From Candidatus Cloacimonadota bacterium (GTDB lineage Bacteria > Cloacimonadota > Cloacimonadia > JGIOTU-2 > B8-G9), in the NCBI GenBank assembly GCA_003647765.1, contig QMNM01000001.1, positions 1 to 60,244 on the forward strand: a stretch of DNA of 60,244 bases. Direction: 5' to 3'. The translations under genes and the position numbers were made by a program. How positions within the stretch are numbered: the first letter of the stretch is position 1; each line of letters starts with the position of its first letter. Shown here piece by piece: positions 25,891 to 32,259 of this stretch. Under the pieces are notes generated by a model. The model did not search any database. It had not been told where the DNA came from and saw nothing but the letters and a program-made list of their open reading frames with translations.

Positions 25891-25923
25891 GCTCTCACTC
25901 TATAGACCTACGACCTAGCACAG

Positions 25924-26170
25924 CCTATATAGACTAATACTCCATTATAAATCTCTTAAAGAGATTTATAATGGGTATATGTCTATAAGGTCGTCAGCCT
26001 GTATAGACTTATATCCCATATAAAATATCTTAAAGATATTTTATATGGGTATTAGTCTATCAGGTCGGATATATACAGCTAGCACTATAGACGAGCACTC
26101 CACCCTTATATGTCTATATGCTATTATTAATTCTTTAAAGAATTAATAATAGCTATAAGACATATTAGGG
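25924..26170. repeat. Three tandem extended hairpins (25924-25990, 25998-26064, 26104-26170).
   Basis: Perfect inner palindromes of 33, 35 and 34 nt lie at 25942-25974, 26015-26049 and 26120-26153. They share the centre TCTT(T)AAAGA but have different arms. Their bases carry TATAGAC/GTCTATA. Confidence 0.9.
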
Positions 26171-26174
26171 CGGG

Positions 26175-26244
26175 CTGGAGTGAATGTCCAGGTTGACAGG
26201 TTTGATATACTGGAAGCAAAAAAACAAAACAAAGGGGGTCGCTT
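26175..26244 (+). repeat. Conserved cassette leader, copy 3.
   Basis: ctggagtgaatgtccaggttgacaggtttgatatactggaagcaaaaaaacaaaacaaaggggg. Confidence 0.8.
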
Positions 26245-26526
26245 ATGGAACTCATTATTAAAAGCATTGAAAAAATGTTCTTAAAGAGCGGGGAAAAATC
26301 TAGTAATGTGGACAAAGGAAAATTGATTGTAGATAGGGACAAATTGATTTATAAAAACGGTAAAGAGATTGAAGTAGAGCTGGAGCGGGTAGAAAAAGAA
26401 AAAAGTTATTCGTTATTATACGCAAGACTTGAATTAGAGGGCGGGATTGTTGCTCAATTAAATGTGTATGAATTGAAAAGAAAAGAAAAGAAAAATCAAC
26501 GAAAAAAATCCAGTAGCTTGATTTAA
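26245..26526 (+). CDS. Hypothetical protein.
   Basis: 93-codon ORF after AAAGGGGG. A terminator follows it. Confidence 0.5.
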   Translation: MELIIKSIEKMFLKSGEKSSNVDKGKLIVDRDKLIYKNGKEIEVELERVEKEKSYSLLYARLELEGGIVAQLNVYELKRKEKKNQRKKSSSLI

Positions 26527-26533
26527 AGTTGCA

Positions 26534-26565
26534 AGGGGCGGACAAAATGTCCGCTCCTTTTTTTT
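26534..26565 (+). terminator. Intrinsic terminator.
   Basis: Stem AGGGGCGGAC, loop aaaat, stem GTCCGCTCCT, followed by T8. Confidence 0.8.
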
Positions 26566-26639
26566 GCCCAAATAACCCCACCCCTATCGGACACAGGGGG
26601 GTTTATATAGGGGACGGGGCGGGGCTTTTTGTGAACCTC

Positions 26640-26935
26640 TCACAAAAATCCCGAATTTCAGAAAATCCCAAATTCTAGAAAATCCTAAACTTTTAAAAAT
26701 TCTAAATTTTAACTTTCTCACAAAAATCTTAAATTTCAGATGAACTTCTCACAAAAATCCTAAATTTCAGAAAATCTTAAATTTCACAAAAATCCTAAAT
26801 TTTGTAAAAATCTTAAATCTTGAATTTTGTAAAAATCCTGAATTTTAGAAAACCTTAAAATTGAAAAATCCCGAATTTCAGAAAATCTTGAATTTTGTAA
26901 AATTCTGAATTTAGGAAATCCTGAATTCTTCTATA
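26640..26935. repeat. About 15 contiguous degenerate 17-18-bp units with consensus AAAATCYYRAATTTYAG.
   Basis: Examples are aaaatcccgaatttcag, aaaatcccaaattctag, aaaatcctaaatttcag, aaaatcttaaatttcac and aaaatcctgaattttag. CTCACAAAAAT is interspersed three times. Confidence 0.85.
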
Positions 26936-26980
26936 AGGAATTTTAAGAGTTTTTATATAGGGAGAGTTTTTGGGTAGGGA

Positions 26981-27000
26981 AGCCCGCAGGTGGGCGGGCT
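26981..27000. other. GC-rich hairpin immediately before the twin palindrome copies.
   Basis: Stem AGCCCGC, loop aggtgg, stem GCGGGCT. GGGCGGGCTGGAGTGAA (26992-27008) is identical to 26168-26184. Confidence 0.6.
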
Positions 27001-27004
27001 GGAG

Positions 27005-27018
27005 TGAAAACGTTTTCA
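27005..27018. promoter_or_regulatory. Palindrome, perfect copy, first of a twin pair.
   Basis: Its start is 29 bp from the start of its twin (15-bp gap). It lies at the convergent junction. Confidence 0.95.
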
Positions 27019-27033
27019 ATCCGTCCCTGCCAG

Positions 27034-27047
27034 TGAAAACGTTTTCA
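27034..27047. promoter_or_regulatory. Palindrome, perfect copy, second of the twin pair.
   Basis: It ends 3 nt before the stop of the 27050 gene. Confidence 0.95.
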
Positions 27048-27049
27048 AT

Positions 27050-27595
27050 TTAAACAGTTACATAAGACGCACCATAGTAAATTTTGTCGTCTCTATTAAT
27101 CTTAATTACCCGCACATCGTTTTTTATCCCGTCCAGCATCCGCTCTAAACAATGATGAATAAAAAATCCGTCCCGATCATCATACCCATCAGGCAACTCA
27201 TATAACAAAATTACATCATATAACTTGTCCACAGACTCAACACATTTCCTTGCCTGCACAAAATATTCCGCAAGAAAAGGATACTTCGCTACCTGTAAAA
27301 GAATATAGGAGAAAACATCAAATATCGTCCTGTCCGCTACAAAACTGGGCATCGTCCTTACACAAAATAAATAAGATAAAAGAATCGCTGACTCAAACCT
27401 TGCCCACGAAACTAAATCCTCCTTCGCTGGATTCCTCCAGTTAAAATGAGTTAATTTCAATAAATCCCTCGCAAACTCTGGAATCAATGGTAAATCAGAA
27501 ATTCTGCTTAACTTTGTAGCAAGCGTGGTCTTCCCTACTCCATGTGCTCCAGAAATACCAATTCTTTTATACTCACTTAAATCTAAAACCTGCAT
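27050..27595 (-). CDS. P-loop NTPase (AAA_28/NadR-like kinase pattern).
   Basis: IGISGAHGVGKTTLATKL. The start was moved to the ATG at 27595, preceded by AAGGAGGG and a palindrome copy. Confidence 0.6.
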   Translation of the reverse strand: MQVLDLSEYKRIGISGAHGVGKTTLATKLSRISDLPLIPEFARDLLKLTHFNWRNPAKEDLVSWARFESAILLSYLFCVRTMPSFVADRTIFDVFSYILLQVAKYPFLAEYFVQARKCVESVDKLYDVILLYELPDGYDDRDGFFIHHCLERMLDGIKNDVRVIKINRDDKIYYGASYVTV

Positions 27596-27612
27596 ATTAC
27601 CCTCCTTTTCAG

Positions 27613-27626
27613 TGAAAACGTTTTCA
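27613..27626. promoter_or_regulatory. Palindrome, perfect copy, upstream of the SD of 27050..27595 (minus strand).
   Basis: It lies 5 nt from AAGGAGGG. Confidence 0.95.
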
Positions 27627-27833
27627 ATGTTTGAGTTTGAATCTCGGCACAAGTTTGCCATTATAAAATACAACTTCTTCCCACATAGAAAGCGGTCTCG
27701 CCCACACAACATCAGGACTCCTTATATCATGATAAATTACCATATCTTCCTTCGTCTCCGTATGCTTCGCAATACACAAAACTTTATACAAACCTCCTTT
27801 AAAATGCTTATAAATCCTCCCAACTTTTACCAT
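27624..27833 (-). CDS. DUF1653-family protein.
   Basis: YKHFKGGLYKVL..AKHTET.E.MVIY......VWARPLSMW.E......VPRF. Confidence 0.7.
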   Translation of the reverse strand: MVKVGRIYKHFKGGLYKVLCIAKHTETKEDMVIYHDIRSPDVVWARPLSMWEEVVFYNGKLVPRFKLKH

Positions 27834-27845
27834 CCTTTCCCTCCT

Positions 27846-28334
27846 TTAAATCCCAGTCTGCCCAATCCCTCCTCTATTCTCATTTAACAACCTTTCAACT
27901 TCAATAAACTCAATCTTCTCCATATTCTTTATTATTCGGAATTGACAGAGTCGGGCATATAAAGGAACAAAAGTCCCTCTGGTCGCATAAGCAAGAAAAT
28001 GCCAAATATCATCATCTCCACAATAAGAATTATCAATAACCGCAGGAGGATTCGTCTGCTGTAAACCATATCTTCCAAATGTAGAAGACCTTGCCACAAT
28101 CCATGCTTCATGTCCTTGTGGTAATTCTATAGAAACTCCAAGCCCAAATTTTACATACTCTCCCCCACCAATAAACCAACCTTTCTGTTTCTCTCCATTA
28201 ATTTCCCATTCAACAGGTTTCCGTTCTTTCTCATCTATAATCAATTTTGTCGCATACAAATCAATCCAGTCTCCTTTCTCTATAACTTTCAATCTGGGCA
28301 TTGAAGGATCATGATATTTAACTTTTATCTTCAT
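27846..28334 (-). CDS. dut: dUTPase.
   Basis: KGDWIDLYA, IELPQGHEAWIVARSS, AVIDNSYCGDDD, LCQFRI. Confidence 0.8.
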   Translation of the reverse strand: MKIKVKYHDPSMPRLKVIEKGDWIDLYATKLIIDEKERKPVEWEINGEKQKGWFIGGGEYVKFGLGVSIELPQGHEAWIVARSSTFGRYGLQQTNPPAVIDNSYCGDDDIWHFLAYATRGTFVPLYARLCQFRIIKNMEKIEFIEVERLLNENRGGIGQTGI

Positions 28335-28693
28335 CGGATAGCCTCCTTTACAACCAGAGACTCTAAAATGTTCTCTACTATCAAATAAAGCCTGTAATTA
28401 TCTTTCAAAACCACATCGCTTACTTTCATTCCCATGATTTCTTCAATAGGGAATCCGACCATATCCATGATTCCATGTGCCGTGTCCACAATCACAGTAG
28501 AATTGATAAAAACCAGCTTATTTTTATTTTCTTCATATTCTCCATTCTTCGCATCAAGCAAAATCCTGATCGCATCGTCTATTCTTTCTTTATACGCTTC
28601 ACTTCTCCTGCTCAAACTCTCCTTCGCTACATTTAAATTTGCAGAAAGCATATTCTTCTTTTCCATATAGTCTAAACATTCCTTTACTGTCAT
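28331..28693 (-). CDS. Hypothetical protein.
   Basis: ORF in the operon with overlapping stop and start. Confidence 0.5.
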   Translation of the reverse strand: MTVKECLDYMEKKNMLSANLNVAKESLSRRSEAYKERIDDAIRILLDAKNGEYEENKNKLVFINSTVIVDTAHGIMDMVGFPIEEIMGMKVSDVVLKDNYRLYLIVENILESLVVKEAIR

Positions 28694-29118
28694 AATTCCC
28701 CCCGCAAAGTTTTGACTAATACTCTAGTTAAATTATTGATTCCGTAATAATATGCTCCGTTCCTATCCCGATACCATACAGTCCGCACAAGACTTTCTCT
28801 AATGTCAATATGCCACCCTGGATTGTTCCAGAATGGATAAAACCCAATTGCTCCTATTTTTCTAAATTGGGACAATAAACAAAATTGCTCTAAATAGGAA
28901 AATCTATCTGGACTCACTTTCCAATGAAAATCCACTGCCATTCCTTTATAATGGAGTGATTTAGGAGAGTGCCCGCTGTCGTCCCACGCAACATGGATTA
29001 TAATCGGAAACCCAGACGCTTCTCTTATTTCATCCATCAGAAATACAAGGGAAGGAATAACTTTGTCGGGATCTTTCCTGAATTCTTCTTTTTTAAAATG
29101 TTTTACTCTCTCCCACAT
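28690..29118 (-). CDS. Peptidase M15-type peptidoglycan hydrolase (endolysin candidate).
   Basis: HFKKEEF, SGHSPKSLHYKGMAVDFH and GWHIDIR form a His/Asp/His Zn-ligand pattern. The ATG at 29118 follows AAAGGAGG. Confidence 0.7.
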   Translation of the reverse strand: MWERVKHFKKEEFRKDPDKVIPSLVFLMDEIREASGFPIIIHVAWDDSGHSPKSLHYKGMAVDFHWKVSPDRFSYLEQFCLLSQFRKIGAIGFYPFWNNPGWHIDIRESLVRTVWYRDRNGAYYYGINNLTRVLVKTLRGEL

Positions 29119-29164
29119 AAAATCCTCCTTTAATTTAAAATGATGTTGTGCAAAGAAAAGCAAA

Positions 29165-29760
29165 ACTCAACAATGCCACAGCAAGGGATTGGTAAACTTG
29201 GCACTGCCGTTGCCGCTCCTTACGAAACAATGCCTATGCTACTCTTTACGAAACAACACCTATCCTTACGAAACAGCACCTATGCTGCTCCTTACTGAAC
29301 TATACCCTGGCGATTCCTTACAAAACAATGCCTCTGCGATTCCTTGCCATACTAAACCTACGCCGAACACAACGATACTGCACTTAACCCCTGCCTATAC
29401 AACGCTACGCATTGTAGCACACCGCCCTTGCTATGATATTCAGTGCTTTGCCAATGCAAAACTTCTTGAAGCATTGCTCCGCCTTTGCTAAACCTGACTC
29501 TGCTAATCTCTGCCTCTGCTATACCTAGCCACTCCTTACTACTCATCACCACTGCTGGACAACTCATTACTTTCCGTCGCTTCACCGTTGCGAAACTAGG
29601 TATTACTTCGCCATTGCAAATCAGCACTCTACTTGACCATGCCTTTCCATTGCGTCCCACAACCCAACCATACAGAGCAATACCATAGCTTAACGGCACA
29701 GCACTAAACCATCGCCCGACTGGGCAACGCCTCTGCTCTGCAAAAATATACTATACGATG
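29165..29760. other. Non-coding island of roughly 600 bp. The plus strand is G-poor and C-rich, with degenerate roughly 26-bp repeats. Candidate ncRNA or cis element.
   Basis: In 29221-29280 I count 19 C and 6 G. Repeats of CCTTACGAAACA.. occur at 29216-29345. The three overlapping ORFs here have no SD and an atypical amino-acid composition. Confidence 0.7.
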
Positions 29761-29766
29761 CCATTA

Positions 29767-30390
29767 CTACTTAACTCTTTCCCAAGTAAATCTTCCATAC
29801 CCACCATTTCTCCATTGCCCTAGTCCCTTCAGTTTTCCATAATCCAGCAATGTTTCTATTACTTTCCAATTCAATTCTTTATGTGGAAGAAGGGCTATTT
29901 CTATTTCAAATTCAACAGGATCAATAAAATCGGAACTGATTAATGAAACTCTAGGACCTTGTGGAGTGTTGGCACGCAGAGACCGCTCTAATCTTCCATC
30001 AGGCTTCTCTTTCAACCAGATATATCGTGGAAAAACAAACACATAATTGTCAATCTTGCTCCGCAAGTTCTTTATTTTCAGTATATCTTTCAACACATTC
30101 CCAGCTTCTTTCAGGAAACCTTTGATATGATAATCCATTAAATAAACTCCATCAGCGTCAGTGTAGAAACCAGTTTCTCCCTGCCCTTCAGGAGCTAATT
30201 TCTGTTCTATCTGCATCTGCATTTCTTGCTCATCTAACTGCTCTGGATCAGCATCCATTAAATCTTCTTCCTTTCCATAATACTTTGCCTGAACATATCT
30301 TGTGAAAACTTTTAAATCTTTAGGGATACTGCCCAGCAATTTCTCAATCAAAATGATTTTATACTTTCTCTTATCCATCTCTATACCCAT
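29767..30390 (-). CDS. RAMP/Cas6-like protein. Tentative.
   Basis: The C-terminal GLGQWRNGGYG (29794-29826) fits the Cas6 glycine-rich loop pattern GhGxxxxxGhG. HIKGFLKEAG resembles the RAMP ..KG.lR.. motif. The N-terminal strand is KYKIILIEKLLG. Confidence 0.35.
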   Translation of the reverse strand: MGIEMDKRKYKIILIEKLLGSIPKDLKVFTRYVQAKYYGKEEDLMDADPEQLDEQEMQMQIEQKLAPEGQGETGFYTDADGVYLMDYHIKGFLKEAGNVLKDILKIKNLRSKIDNYVFVFPRYIWLKEKPDGRLERSLRANTPQGPRVSLISSDFIDPVEFEIEIALLPHKELNWKVIETLLDYGKLKGLGQWRNGGYGRFTWERVK

Positions 30391-30401
30391 CACGCCCTCC
30401 T

Positions 30402-30857
30402 TTAAAAATATTTTTCTATCAAATCCAAATCTTTTAAAGCCTCATCCATATAACTTTCAGCATTGATTTCTGGATCAAAGTAGAGATAAATATTGAACAG
30501 ATGCTCAAGAATTTTGCCGAAATAGGCAAACTCAAACCTGTTCCTGACCGACGACCAGATGTCATCTCCTAATGCCAGCAGAAAATTCAAATAATACCTG
30601 ACATCAAACTCTTTCTTACTTTTCTTCACATCTTCAAAAAATTCTTCTGCCTTCTTGCTAGTAATCGCAAGCTCTTTTCCTAAATCTCCCTTGAATGTAG
30701 CATAGAGATACTCCCGAAGTCTATCTCTCCTTCTCTTGATTGCATTTAACCATGCCCAAACTTTAATAGGGAGATGCTTCTGCCTGAACATTTCAATGAA
30801 GGCTTCATCAGATAGGCAGGCAAGATAGAAGAATTTACGCTGATCTTTGCGTGCCAT
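30402..30857 (-). CDS. Hypothetical helical protein.
   Basis: The ATG at 30857 follows GGAAGGAG and a variant palindrome copy. Confidence 0.55.
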   Translation of the reverse strand: MARKDQRKFFYLACLSDEAFIEMFRQKHLPIKVWAWLNAIKRRRDRLREYLYATFKGDLGKELAITSKKAEEFFEDVKKSKKEFDVRYYLNFLLALGDDIWSSVRNRFEFAYFGKILEHLFNIYLYFDPEINAESYMDEALKDLDLIEKYF

Positions 30858-30871
30858 CTCCTTCCCCTTAT

Positions 30872-30885
30872 TGAAAACATTTTCA
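30872..30885. promoter_or_regulatory. Palindrome variant (CA centre), upstream of the SD of 30402..30857 (minus strand).
   Basis: It lies 6 nt from GGAAGGAG and abuts the stop of the 30886 gene. Confidence 0.9.
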
Positions 30886-31134
30886 CTACAACTTTTTCTT
30901 CTTATACTTCCTTGCCATGTTCACTTTTCTCAATCTAACACTCTTTGGCTCTTTATAATGCTTGGACAACTTCTTCCTGCCCTTCGCAGTCAAATCCAGC
31001 GTCCCTTTTTTCAAATATCCCAACTTTTGCCAATGTCCAACAATAATCCTATACGCTTCCTCTCTTGGAATCTTTTTCTCTCTCATTAAAGCTGCGACAG
31101 CATGCTCTACTGGTTCTGGAACTTTCTTTCCCAT
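30886..31134 (-). CDS. Small basic protein.
   Basis: 82-codon K/R-rich ORF. Confidence 0.5.
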   Translation of the reverse strand: MGKKVPEPVEHAVAALMREKKIPREEAYRIIVGHWQKLGYLKKGTLDLTAKGRKKLSKHYKEPKSVRLRKVNMARKYKKKKL

Positions 31135-31207
31135 CCCTTCACCCCTTTTTGTTAATGTTTACTTTAATTACTAATTTTAAAAATGTCAATACTAAAATTT
31201 TAATTTT

Positions 31208-31414
31208 TTATTTTCTCTTACTCAATTTTCTCAAAGTAAGAGCAAGTCTTGCTTTTCTCGCAACCCTTCCACTTCCTTTTGCTTTCTTTCTCAACCATGA
31301 AACTTTGATTGTTCCATCAGGATTCAATGCTCCTTCTCTCTTTGCAATTGCCCGCAGAGACCCTGGTCTCTTAATTGCCTTCTGAATCCATTTGTTATCT
31401 TTCTTCTTTGCCAT
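31208..31414 (-). CDS. Small basic protein, first gene of the leftward block.
   Basis: The ATG at 31414 follows AAGGAG. N-terminus MAKKKDNKWIQKAIKRPGSLR.... Confidence 0.5.
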   Translation of the reverse strand: MAKKKDNKWIQKAIKRPGSLRAIAKREGALNPDGTIKVSWLRKKAKGSGRVARKARLALTLRKLSKRK

Positions 31415-31832
31415 TTTTCTCTCCTTTTTCTGATCTTCCGAAATTATTTCCAATTTTCCAAAAATATCTCCGATTTTTAAAAATTATTCCCAATCCTATC
31501 AAAATATTCCCAAATCTCCAAAATTCTAAAATTTTCTCCTTTTTTCTGATTTATTTACCAAAATCCCTGATTATTTTCAATCTCCAAGTATTGAGCAGGG
31601 AATCAAAAATTTTGACATTAACAAAAAGTTTACATAATTCTCCGTCGGCGTGCTAGGTCGTATTAGTGTATTGATAAAGACGGGAAAATTTGTTTTTGTT
31701 TTCAAAAAGTTGTAGAGAATCCCTACTAGAAAATTCCAATTAGAGTCAAAAAATTAATTTTTGCAAAAAGTTTTTCAATTTTTCTCAAAATTTCTCAAAA
31801 TTTCTTCACAAAGCTCAATGTCAGTTCAGATA

Positions 31833-31855
31833 GCCTTAAGCCTTAAGCCTTAAGC
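31833..31855. repeat. Tandem heptamer (GCCTTAA) x3.
   Basis: gccttaagccttaagccttaagc. Each junction creates CTTAAG. Confidence 0.9.
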
Positions 31856-31899
31856 AGACCAAAATAAACCACGAGTTCTGGAAAGAAAAGAAAAGTGCA

Positions 31900-31978
31900 T
31901 CTCTAAATAAAATATTAAAATATTTTATTCAGAGACTTATAGTAAAATATAGACATTTACATGTCTTATATTTTACTA
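31900..31978. repeat. Two adjacent AT-rich hairpins. The second carries TATAGAC/GTCTTATA.
   Basis: 31900-31935 reads tctctaaataaaatatt..aatattttattcagaga. 31940-31978 reads tagtaaaatatagacat-ttac-atgtcttatattttacta. Confidence 0.75.
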
Positions 31979-32259
31979 AAGGCAAAAGAAAAGAAAGATA
32001 AACAACTAAATAAAACTAAAAATAAAAAAATATATAAATAGCCCTAGCACTATACCCTTAAGCCATTTTTTATTTTACTTTCAATTTTTGTAGGGAGACA
32101 CTTGATTTCTCCTATAAACCATTGAAAAATAAAGTTTCGCTGGAAATTTTTGATTTTGTCAGTTTAAATTTGAAATGTTGGTAAGGCAGAGAAAGCAACG
32201 CTTCCTGTTGTTTGATTTTGTCAAAAATGAAATTTCTCTATTTTTTATTGAAGTTGTTA

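Noticed and set aside
26081-26089. CACTATAGA, identical to the core of SP6/T7-type phage RNA polymerase promoters. A related TCACTCTATAGAC lies at 25896.
   Set aside because: I recognised no single-subunit RNA polymerase gene. A 9-mer match is expected about 0.5 times by chance in 60 kb counting both strands. The TATAGAC boxes are better explained as part of the hairpin array.
26640-26935. Possible CRISPR array, based on the many short direct repeats.
   Set aside because: The units are contiguous 17-18-mers with no unique spacers, and they are degenerate. No cas operon is present.
27596-27712. N-terminal extension of the track ORF 27050..27712.
   Set aside because: The extension reads through the palindrome and the SD. 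The ATG at 27595 has a canonical SD, and the P-loop follows immediately.
29189-29699. Three overlapping ORFs (29189+, 29358-, 29485+) in the G-poor island.
   Set aside because: They have no SD. They use mutually overlapping frames on both strands. Their composition is unlike all other proteins here. The repeats explain why the frames stay open.
30847-31656. Plus-strand ORFs 30847, 30962, 31065 and 31375.
   Set aside because: They lie antisense to SD-supported minus-strand genes or run through the A/T-tract repeats. They are low-complexity and have no SD.
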